Origin: Felis catus
Lineage: Eukaryota
Length of the DNA stretch: 64,000 bases
Assembly (NCBI RefSeq): GCF_018350175.1
Contig: NC_058383.1
Location: forward strand, 22,818,001 to 22,882,000
Reading direction: 5' to 3'
Shown here piece by piece: positions 1 through 19,000 of this stretch. Within the stretch, counting starts at the first letter, position 1. Every line of letters starts with the position of its first letter. The position numbers were made by a program, and so were the translations under genes. The notes under the pieces are model-generated. The model made no database searches and was not told the DNA's origin. It saw only the letters and a program-made list of their open reading frames with translations.

Positions 1-447
1 TTAATTCATAAGTAGCTTTTTTCCCCCCAACAAAATTCCTTTCTTCTCTTAGTTAGAACATTTCTAAAAAAGAGACCCACAGCCAAGTCCAGGAGACAGG
101 ACTTGAACTCTTGCTTGGCCATGCACTTGCTGACCTTAGCACCTTACTGGTTTGGGATCTATGAATAGTAATAATAACTTATTATTGCTTGTCGGTATCT
201 ATTGCCTCATTTGAGGTAGAGATTGCATTGAATGCATTCCAAAAATAGTGAGGCCATTAGTGTGAGGATGAATCTGTGATATACATGCAAGTTCCCATTG
301 ATTTTTTTAAGGTGCTGTCGTAGCAGTCAGTATTACTGCACACTGGAAAGATCAGGGGCTGCCCCAGGCCTAATGATTTTGTCTGCACCCTAAATGCCTG
401 CACGCGAACGTACTGCAGAAATAATTACCTGTGTTAGTGTGGGCTGA

Positions 448-5344
<4,897 letters not shown>

Positions 5345-8300
5345 CCCCCCACCCCCGGGCACCCCATTAAGAAGAGGCACAGGTCTGGGGTCCTAGGGTC
5401 ACAGAAACTCTGCAGAATGGAGCTGCTCAAAAAATCTGCCCAGCGTTGGACAGGGTTTGTCTTAAAAAGATGCGGTTCATTTGTATAATCAAAAAAAAGG
5501 GGTTGTAATTAGAGGTATATTATTTATTAGAGCAGGTTTTTCAGATGATTTTCTAAAAGATCCGATCTTGAAAATGGAATTGATAAATATTGTGAAAAGA
5601 AAGCTGTTTTCTTTCCTCCATGAATATTTCGGTGCCCCCTGTGTGCTGTGCTCCAAGCACCGGGACCCGGCCGGGAAGGAGGGGAAGAGGCACAGAGAAG
5701 GTGATGTCAGACCGTGGCACCAGGGAAACAGAGTGCATCTGGGGGAGGGGCAGCCCCCACACCAGCAGGTCAGACAGGTGTATGGCAGTGAGGGACCCGT
5801 GTGGGCCAGGCCCCGGGGACACATCCAAGGTCAGTGGCATGGAAATAGGAAGTCAGGTCAGAGGGGCGGTGGGGGCCAGACCACAGACTGGCCTGTAGGC
5901 CGTGGTGAGGACTTGGGCTTTTGCTTTGTCTTGTTTTGAAACTCACGGATCGTGTGGATTCTGTCAGGGTTTTTGCCAGTAGCTTCTGTATCTGTTAAGA
6001 CTGTAATTGGCCACAAGTAACAGAATAGTGTAATTTGAGTGACTTTAGCAAATAGGTGTTGATTTTTCTCAATAACAAGAAGTCACACGGTGGTGGCTGT
6101 GGGCACTGACTCAGTGGCTGGATGGAGTCAGGACCAGGACTAGCCTCCTGGTGATCTTGACCTTTTCCTCGTGTGCCTCCTCCCGGTGGGCTGACTCCTG
6201 CAGCTGCAGGTATCACATCCGCATTTTGGTGGGTGATGAAGGCAGAGAGGGCTTGGTCCCTTCCACCGTGGAGGCAGAGGCCTCCCCGGTGGCCCCCGCA
6301 ACTTTCTCCTTGGCCTCACAGGCTGTTTCTTGGTCACCAGGCATCCCCCCGGCTGCAAGGGAGGCTGGGAACATGGGGTCAGGGCTGGCTCCAGCCAGGG
6401 TTTCTCAGCCTGGGCACTATTGTCGTCTTGGGCTGTCCTGACTGCTGTGCACCAGATGCTGGTGGCACTCCCCAGCTGTGACAGCCAGAAAGGTCTCCAG
6501 ACGTTGCCTGAGGGAGGACAGACTCCCCTCCAGCAGGGAAAGCCTGGCTTAGACCAAGCAGGATTTGTTGCCCTGAGGAAGCTGGGTTTCTGTGAGCAAG
6601 GGAGAAGGGGGGCAGTGTCTCTCGGCGTCCATTATTGGAATCGACGTGAAGTGTGTTCCCGCTTCTGGACACGCGTTACTTCTGTCTCCCTTATGCCCCT
6701 CCACAGCCTCCGAGGCAGCATGTATCATCCCTGTCTTACACCCGAGGGAACCGAGGTGGGAGAAGTGTAAGGGGCTTGTCTGGAGTCCCTGGCACCGTGG
6801 CTCCCGCAGTCCTGACCACGGAGCGGGAGGCCGGCAGCACCGCCTGGCCCCAGCTGGGTCCGCCGGCTCGTGCTGGCTCTCGGGAGCGGCACCGCCGCGC
6901 CCACGGCCCCTCGTGAACCAGCCCCTCCAGGCTGCCGGGGCAGGTGTCGCGCTGGCTCTGTCATCCAGGGGTTCCCATGCGCTCTGTCCTCACATCCTCG
7001 GAACCAGTTTTGCTGGCCCTGAAAGAACTGTGAGTCTGCACCAAGAAAAATATTTTGGTTTCTCATGTGGTGGATCACAGACTGTCCCTGGCAGGGATCG
7101 AGCCTGGCTCCTGCCTCGAAGAAGCGAGAGCCGGAAGCCTGGAAGGTGAAATGTGCTGTGGAAAGTGGAAATCTCTTTGGGGTGACCTCTGTGCCAGTGT
7201 CTGTAAGAGCTGCTTGATTCCTGGCTTTGCCACCTCCCAGCCATGTGACCTTGGGGAAGTCACGTCAGGTCTCTGAGCCTCCTTTCCTAATGTGAAAAAC
7301 GGGAGCCATGGTGGTCCCTAACTCAGGGTTATTTGAAGAGCTACCGAGATACAGCAGCGGGTGAAGCACGTAGCAAGTGCACAGTGAATGTTAATTTCAT
7401 AGTCTCCGTTGTCTGTAACCTACCATCCCTTTTGGGGTAAAGATGGGAATTACAGAATGCTGTTTTCTGGGCACTTTGGGTCCTGCCAGCCTAATTTTTC
7501 AGCCCTGAAAGTCTCTGACGGCCCCAGGGTGGGAACAGGACAGAGCTTCTCTCCTCCACGTCCGGAGGGATGAGGGGAACCTGTCTGTCTGCCTCAGAGC
7601 CTGCTTCAGAGATGGGGTGTCATCCGTCTTCACCCTGGCCCTCAAGGCTGCCCTACGAGCAGGGGTGGCGCTGCCCCCCATCAGCCTGGCCTTGCTGTCA
7701 CACGTCCACACAGAGCTCTGGGGGCAGGGAGCACCCTTCCCACTCCTGCTGCAAAACATCCCGGGCAGAACCTCTGAGTTCAGGATGAGTATGTGGCCCA
7801 GGCTGACCCAATGGCCTTCATTCTCGGGGCTTTTGCTGGGACACTGTACAAGAAAGGGGAGCTTTTCTCCCACTGAAGTTGCTCAGCGGACAGAATGGAG
7901 TCTGGAACCTGTTGGGGTAAGAGCAGCACATGGAGAGAACCTATTTGAGTGGGACATCAACACAGAGGAAAATAAAGCCAGGAGCTGAAGAAATAAATCA
8001 CCCCCACAGCATCAGATGAGACAGTAAAGACGAAAGCCCTGGGCTCCTGTAAGGGACCGGCATGCTTATGACCGCTGGCAGCAAGAGGATGAGGCTGGAG
8101 TTTTACCTGTCACATACTAGAAGAGTGATCTCAGGCATCTGACTTCACCTCCCTGAGTCTCAACTTACTACCTGTAACATGGAATGGCAATAGTTCTCCG
8201 TGGTTATGAGAATTAAATGGAATAAGACTTACAAAACACTTGGCCTGGCGCCTGGCATGGGGTGTTTGATACAATGTAGCCATTATTTGATGCCAACAAC

Positions 8301-8714
8301 AAATATTAACAGTGGTGACAACTATCCCTCATAATAAAAGCAGTAGTCCTAGGAGTAAATGTGGTAACCACCAAGAACTGTGACTCCAGCCTGCAGACCG
8401 CCTGGCCCTAAGCTGGGAAACCCGGCTTCCCCTGGGCCCTCCACACACAATCCCTGACAGTGCTGCCTTTGGCCACAGTGGCACCAAGTCTTTGGCACCT
8501 CCTTCCCCCACAGGTGCCACTGTGGGCACTTAATGGGAGGCTAGCTTGTTTGCCGTCCCAGCCAAGGACCCAGGTGTTCTAGATGGGCAGGACTGAGCCC
8601 TCAGATGCCCAGGCTCCTTCACGACTGGGGCTGGCAGGTGGTCCGCCATCAGCACCCGACAGACCCCTTTCTTCTTTGGCAACAGCTCCCTGATCGCTCT
8701 GGGGAGAGCCATCA

Positions 8715-9103
8715 TGGTTCCCATATGTAGCAATTAAAAATACAAGACACTTAGTTAAACTTGAATTTCAGAAAAATAATAAATGATTAGTATAATATCT
8801 CCCAAATATTATATGGATTTACTTATATTAAAAAATTAATTTGTTGTTGAGGAGCCTGGGTGGCTCAGTTGGTTGAGCGTCACACTCTTGATCTTGGCTC
8901 AGATTGTGATTTCTCAGTTCATGAGTTCAAGCCCCTCGTGGGGCACTGTGCTGACAGTGCGGAGCCTGCTTGGGATTCTCTCTCTACTCCTCTCCTACTC
9001 TCTCTCACTCTCTCTCTCAAAATAACTAAACTTAAAAAAATTAATTTGTTGTTTATCTGAAATTCATATATAACTTGGCGGCCTGTATTTTATCTGGCAA
9101 TCC
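8715..9103. mobile_element. MER53-like palindromic non-autonomous DNA transposon, interrupted by a Can-SINE
   Basis: Arms aaaatacaagacacttagttaaacttgaatttcaga and tctgaaattcatatataacttggcggcctgtatttt are imperfect reverse complements; resembles recalled MER53 consensus. Confidence 0.75.
8849..9034 (+). mobile_element. Can-SINE
   Basis: tRNA-like head, CT repeat, A tail; TSD AAAAAATTAATTTGTTGTT at 8830-8848 and 9035-9053. Confidence 0.9.
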
Positions 9104-9179
9104 TTGGAGCCATGACCCTCCTCCCCACCCCCCCACCTTAGAACCATGTGATTCTGCTGGGGGCCACCTGGCCTCAGGT

Positions 9180-12011
<2,832 letters not shown>

Positions 12012-12145
12012 AAAAATCACCTGCTTGAGGGCCTTCCCTTGGCCAGGCCCTTGCTTCCAAGCCAGTATGGATGCATCAGGGTGCATCAGGGCATTCCGAC
12101 TGTCCAGCCTGACAAAGAACAAAGCTCAGGTCTGTGTCTTCTACT

Positions 12146-12151
12146 TTTATT
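12146..12151 (-). terminator. SCNN1B polyadenylation signal (AATAAA)
   Basis: AATAAA on the - strand about 520 nt after the stop, followed by a U/GU-rich element (ctttgttctttgtc). Confidence 0.8.
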
Positions 12152-12670
12152 TTCTAGAACAAAATATGTGCCACCTGGCAGCAGGCCCCCCATCCCTGCC
12201 CCTGGACCTGATGCTTTTCCTGCTTTGCACAACTGCTGCCCTCACTCAGCCCATTTGCAGGGCTCAGCCAAGGCCAGGACGGAAGACTGCTGGGTCTGGG
12301 GAGAGACGGCAGGGCATGTCTGCCTGTGTGTCTCTGGAGCAGTGACTGGCATTGGGAGGAAACCAGTGTGCCTGCAGGGGAGGGTGCTCTAGGGTCTCTG
12401 GAGCCTGGCTGGGGATGTCCCAGCCAAGGATCAGGCCAGGTTGGAGGTACGGGCAGGAACCAAATGAGTACACATTTCCCATATCTGTACCAGCACCGTG
12501 ACCCCACACAGCCCTCGGCTTGGGACAGGCCAGGAGCTGCTGGTCTCTCTGTAGAGGGACACAGACTCTGGCCCCAGAAACCCATCGTCTTCCACTGGGG
12601 AGAGCACCACAAAGTGAAGTCTTGGGCAGTGATCTCAGCTTCTCGGATCTGACTTCTGGGCTCCCTGGGT

Positions 12671-13051
12671 CTAGACGGCATCACCCTCACTGTCCGACTC
12701 AATGATATCCAGTGGTTGCAGACGGAGGGAGTCATAGTTGGGGGGTGGGGTGCCCGGGATGGGCAGGGTCTGCTCATCAGGATAGGTCCCAGGGTCGGGG
12801 CCCGGCCCGGGCACGTCGGGCTCGAAGCTGAAGTTAGTGTGAGCCTCCACCAGCTCAGCCACAGTGGGCGGCGGGCCGGCATAGCAAGCCTGGGCCCGCC
12901 TTTGCCGCAGGCTCTTGGCGAAGGCCACCAGCTTGATGATGGTGATCCACACGAAGTCAATGAGGATCTCTCCAAACTCGATGAGGCACAGCACTGAGCC
13001 CCCCATCCAGAAGCCAAACTGGCCGCCCAGGTTGGAGAGCAGCCAGACGAT
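12671..13051 (-). CDS. SCNN1B: SCNN1B exon 13, coding part (381 nt: TM2, C-terminal tail, PY motif at 12725-12748)
   Basis: ccacag|ATCGTCTGG ... [28 protein letters not shown]...PPPNYDSL...EGDAV*. Confidence 0.97.
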   Translation of the reverse strand: MVWLLSNLGGQFGFWMGGSVLCLIEFGEILIDFVWITIIKLVAFAKSLRQRRAQACYAGPPPTVAELVEAHTNFSFEPDVPGPGPDPGTYPDEQTLPIPGTPPPNYDSLRLQPLDIIESDSEGDAV

Positions 13052-16000
13052 CTGTGGAGAGCAGGGGGCTGAGGGGCTGGCAGGGCTGGGGGTCAGGCCA
13101 CAAATTCCTGCCTTGAGCCCTACCCCGCCTCCCAGGTTCCTGTGAGGTGGGCCCTCGGCCGGGAAGGAGGACGGGGTGACCATCTCAGCCCCGGGGAAAC
13201 TTCTTGTGACTCCTTTAGGGACGCTAATTCCCCTGTTGGTCTCGGGACCCTCCCCACCCACAGGGTGCAGGGGCGGCAGGGCTGGGGTGTCAGGAGTCCC
13301 CAGACTCACGTTATTGGCTGCTGACTCCTCAATGGTGCGATAGTTGAATTCTTGGAAGTAGATGTTGAGCTTGACGATTCCCTTCCTGTAGGAGCAGCAA
13401 GAAGGGCTGGTGCCCCCTCCCCAAGACACACTGACACACGCACATGCACACTCACAGGAAAGGCAGCCAGGAGGCCCCAGTCCTCTGGCTTGAGCTTCTC
13501 ACATGTCCACTGCCATGAGTGGTGAGGTCCAAGCAGAAGCCCAAAGTGCTGCCCTTCCTGGCCCCTCTGGGCCTTGGGCCACAAAGAGCATCTCTGCCCA
13601 GCATCACTCCTGTGGGCCCCCAGACTGGCTCTGAGCTCCCCTCCCCCACCCCCGGGGCACCCAGCCCATACACAGCCTCTCCATAGAGTCCTAAGCCTTG
13701 CTCCTTCCTCAGGGGACCCAGGGCACAGAAAGTTGCTCGAGTGGGCTTCCCCTTTACACCTGATACTGCTCAGAAAAGCTATGCTCTCTTGTACCTCCAG
13801 GCTTCTGCCTAGACATCTTTGTCTCTTACTTAACAGCTCCTGCTCCTTCTTGGAGAGTTAGCACAAGTGTCACCTCCCTCTACAGACCTCCCTTATCTCC
13901 CAGGCAGAGAGCTCCTTCCCTGCTGTGCTCCCAAAGGAAGGGTCTTGTATAGACTTTCATCACCAGAAGCCCTGCTGGCATATTTCTGTCCTCTAGACTG
14001 GAACTCCCTGAGAGGATGACCTGTGTCTTTCCTGTGCTCAATTTGCATTTGTATTTGATAGATGGAAAGATGGAAGAGTGGATTGAGGATAAGTGGGTGG
14101 ATGGATGAGGGGATAATGGGACGAATAGGTACATGGGTGAGTGGATAGATGGATGGGAGGAAGATGAGAGGGATGAAGGATGGGTGGATGGATGGACAGA
14201 TGGACATATAAGTGGATGGATGGATGATGAGTGAATGGGTGTATGGGTGGGTGGATGGATGGACAGATGGGTGGATGGACAGATGGGTGGATGGGTGGAT
14301 GGATGGACAGATAAGTAGATGGATGGATGGACAGATGGATGAGTTGTTGAATGGGTAATGGATAGATGGGGGTGGATAGGTGAGTGGATAGATGGATAAG
14401 TGGAAATCTGGAAGGATGGATGGATGGGATGGATGGGTGAATGGGTAGATGGACAGGTGCATGGGTAGAAGAATGGAAGGATGGATGGATAGATGGGTGA
14501 AAGGGCAAATGAACAGGTGACGCATGGAGAAATAGGCTCGCCTTTGGGAAGTGGCAGACTCTGAGTACCATTGGCTGGCCTCTCTCTCATTTCCAGTGCC
14601 TCCTTCTTCAGGCTTTCTCCTGGATCTGACCAGTGTGAGAAGGTGTCTGAATATCTGCCATACATCCAAACCCCTCCCCTGAGGTTCTGGTTCCTTCCAC
14701 TTTCTGCATTCCCCAGCCCCTAAGACTCTAAGCTCACCTGCTCAAGGTGATATTAGTGCTTTGGTCCCGCTCCTGAGACAAGACATGGAAAATCCAATCC
14801 TGGAATCCAAGAAGGCAACTGAAAAAAATGGCACCTGCAGCATCCCCTCCCAAACATGGGCCCTGTGATTTGGGGAGATGGGGGGAGGCAGACCACAGCT
14901 CTGTAGCTTCCCAAAGCCCCCGGGACCATGTGTTGGCGCTGGGAGGAGGAAGGTAATAGTGCGCACTGTGGCTGCTGCTATGGGGAGAAGGCACTCTAGT
15001 CTCCGGTCTTCCCCCAGAGGCCCCGCCATCCTGCACCAGCTCTTTCCCACCCCTGGCCCTCGAATTTGCTGCTGTTCTTCCAGGATCCTCCTCCCCAGCC
15101 CTGCCCAGGCTGGCTCAGCCCATCCTCCTGCGTTAACTCAAATGTTACCTTTGCAGGGAGATCTTCCCTGACCGCTCTGTCTAAAGCGGTTTCCCCTGGT
15201 TACTCTCCAGTCATCCTGTTTCCCACCCTTACCACACTGTGAAATGATCTAACTTCTGTACATTCTCTCTCTCCCACCAGAATGTAAGCTCCATAAGAGC
15301 AAAGGACCATTCCTGTCTCGTTCACTGCCGTGTCCCCAGCACAGCGCTTTGGGGAAACATTAGCGGAGGGACAAACAGCCCGCAGGCCTATGCCCAGACC
15401 TGTCCCTAGCCCAAAGGTGGGTGGCCAGGAGCTTGACCACTCCACCATCTCACCTCGGAAGCCTCTGAAGGCCAGTCAGCCATGGAGATGGTCATCTTGT
15501 ACTGGGTGTCACTGGAAGAGAGAAGGCAGCCCTATTGATGTCCCTGCCAGCACTGTGCCCCCACCCTGCAGTCCCCCCCCACCCCCAGCACCCACACTCA
15601 CTTGCAGGACTCCTTGCACATGTTGATGCAGGTCTCCCTCTGGGCCACGCTCATGCGCAGGTGTGAGTAACAATAGGCTGAGCAGGGTGGGTGGGAGGTA
15701 AGAGACTTAGAGTGGGGGTTTCTAGACGTTTTCCTCCCCTCCTCTGAGCCTGGGGCTGCCCCCTACCCTCCTGGCCATGGCCACCCCAGGCCTGTCTCTA
15801 GACGGGAGGGGAAGTCGTCTCGGTGGAGGGTCACCCCTTCCCACTCTGCCCCTCGTGTCCAGCCAGTTTTGCCCCAGCCTGGCCCCGGGGTGGGGAGCCT
15901 CCCCCAGACATCCCAGACTCGGCTCAGCAGGAGCAGAGCGGCTTTCCTCTGCTTGTCATGCCCATTCCGGGCTGGGCGGTGCTCAGGGGGTCATGCATGA

Positions 16001-19000
16001 AGGGATGGGTGGCTGGAAGGGATAGTTTTCCCCTCTTGTCTACATACGTTGTTGGTTTTAGAGGTGGTGGGACTCTCTCTGCCGCTGACAACATCCATCA
16101 TGTTTGGACTCCAGGCCACCAGGGCCCCTGAAACCCTTGGAGGCCTCCTCGGCCTCCCCTCCCACCCAACACCCCACAGAGATGCCCAGCGAGCCCACAC
16201 AGACACGGACACACATGCTGAGGCTGGTACACGTGGCCTTGTGGGTGCATGAGCGAGCGCACACACACGTGTGGGCATGCAAACCAGCGTGCACAGATGC
16301 AAACACGGAAGCAACCCAGGCACGAGTGCCCCCGAGCCCTCTCCCGCATGCATGTGTAAATGTAAACACACACGTGTGCTCGCCAGCAGCTGCCCACAGG
16401 GCTCATGCATGCGTGGGTGTCCACGTGGTACACGTATGCACCAGGACGGAATGGGGCCCAGGGGTGGGTGGGGAGGGGGGGTGCGGACTGTGAAGGCCAC
16501 ACCCCGGCCATGTGATCAGAGCCCTGGCGGGTGGGGGCCCCCCCACTCACCCCAGTCGGGGAACTCCCGGTTGTTGCAGTATCTCTGCCCATGGGGCAGG
16601 GGGTACAGGTAGTGCCCACAGCTGCAGTTCCGGATCATGTGGTCTTGGAAGCAGGAGCGGATACAGGCCTGCAGTGGTGGGAGAGGGGGGACACGGATGT
16701 GGCTGTGATGTCCCCACCTGGCCCCGGGCGGCCCGGGAGCCAGGGGAGGGGTCCTTCCGGCTGAAGAGCTACGCCTGCTGACCCCGCAGTCTGGGCGTGG
16801 CTGTCCTTCCCTGTCCCTGGTCCTCGGTACCTGCAGAGGGGCTCACGCCAGACCCAGCTGTCTGAGGACGGCCCCGCCGCCTATCAAAGCTGGTGCCCCA
16901 CACACGGCACGGGGAAGGGTGGCTTATTCCAAATACTGCTGGGGTTTCAGGTCACCGTGACCTGGTTCCCCCACATGTGGAGGCAGCTATGTGTCCTTCA
17001 GTCACTCAGGGGTGAAGCAGGGTGACAGTCACAACTGTGGGCTAAGGTGAGGAGGGCCCAGCGCTGGGCGGGGAACGGAAGCGGCTGTTACTCATGTGTC
17101 TCCGCTTGTCCGTGTGTGGAGGACCCCTGGCGCCAACCCTCGCTCTCTCGGGCTCTCCCCTGCTCTCCTCGGCTCTGCCCCACCAGCCACGGAACCTGCC
17201 CCCTCTGTTGTGTGCTCCTGCTGCTCCCCGGCCTGCTCCTTCCCAACCTAGCACACATCCTGTCCTATCGTGTTCTTCCTGACAGGGCTGTGGCCTCCCT
17301 GCAAGCACAGCCGGGAGAAGCACAGGGGGTGAGGGGCTAGAGGGGTCACATGAGGGGCTCTGACTATGGGCAAGGGTCTCCCATTCTTCCAGACCTCACT
17401 GTCTCACCTGAGATTAGGAGTCCTCTCTGGACCCCGTGACAGAGGCTGGGGGTGGGGAATGGGGCGGTGCAGGCAGAGCGTCTGACCAGGGCCTGGGTCT
17501 TTGCCAAGGTCTCTGGCCAGTGAGGCTGCTGCACCAGACAAAGCAAGAGGTGAGGTTTTTCTAGAATGAGGTCTCTAAGACCGGGCCTGATGGATACCTC
17601 CATGGCCTCCGTCTCTATGCTTCCCATCTCCCTGTGCTGCCCGTCTGTCTATCCCTTCAGAAGCTCAGAAGGTTCCCCCAAGTTCCTCACTGCAGACCGA
17701 AGCCCCTCCAGATAGAAGGTGGCCAAACTGGCCAGGTCAGAGTGTGGGGTGGACAGGTCAGCCAGGCAGGGTGGGCCGGAGGGTGGGCACAGGGGGCACT
17801 AGATTTCCAGTAACCTAGACAAAAGGGAAGTGCACGCCATGCTCAGGGCTCTTAGGCACAGAGGCAGGCACTACACTGCCCCCCAGTTATGCCTCAGTTT
17901 CCTTATCTGCAAAGGCAGCCTGGGCTGGGGGAGAGGTGTCATTGAGTGGTCACTTCTGTCACTCGTGCAGAGGTTCGGACTGTCCCAGATCCACTGGCGC
18001 TGGGTCTTAGGACAGGCCTCCCGGGCTGACCCTGGAGGTCAGGGCGAAAGAGAAGCCCCAGCTGCAGCGAGGGGAATTGAGGCCGGATACAAAGAGGGTA
18101 AACTGATGAGGCGTTTGCACAGGGGCCTGTAAATCCCAGCTTCCTCATTCCTAATCATTTTACCTCCATCTCAGCATTGTTGTGAGGATTAAATGAATTA
18201 GTGTGTGTAAAGCACTTGGAACAGTGCCTGCCTAGCACACGATAAGCCTGCTACTCTTCGTATATTAATACTTAGAACAAATAAATGTTATATATATAAT
18301 AAGTGCTATTCTTGCCCCGTGGGGTGTTGAAAGGATCAAATGATGAGGCAATACATGCGAGCCCTTAGCACAGCATCTTTCCCACACAAGGGTTCTTCTT
18401 AGAGACCCCAGAGTGAGATCCCCGTGTTCTGGGCACCCCCAAAGGGCATACCTGCCGAGGGGAGATGAGCAGTGGCCAGCCCTGGGCCCTGGAGAGCACC
18501 CAGGGAATGGACCGGCTCCACAGCCCCAAGGGCCACCAAACCCGCCAAACTACCCAGCGGTCACCTACAAAAATCCAGCAGAGCTGGCCTTGCCGGGCCC
18601 AGCTCCCCCGGAGCCCCGAGGCCCTGGGCTTGGTAGATGTGGACTGGCTCTAGGTACCGAGGCCCGTGAGGGCTTCTTACCTGGATGGAGTAGGTGGTGT
18701 TGTAGTCGCTGTAAAGGTTTCGCACGGGGACGTCAGAGCCGTTCATGGTGCACTGGCTGTAGGGCTCTCCCTTGCGCTCCAGCTTGTCCTGTGTCCATAA
18801 AGTTTGCTCCTGGAGGCCCCGGTCACCCCTAGGAGGCCCCCTTTGTACCTCCCTCCCATGGGGGTCTGTGGGGATGCCAAAAGGGGATGGGAAGCCATAG
18901 GCCCCAGTAGGTGCCAGATGATGCCCGTCTTCCCCCACAGCATGGCCATCCTGGTGGCGGGAGGGAGGGAGGTTCCAGCCAGAAGATAAGGCAGGAACGG

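Noticed and set aside
13880..14669. Long - strand ORFs of 261, 258 and 177 aa
   Set aside because: Translations of the (GGAT)n repeat giving low-complexity HPSI peptides; intronic
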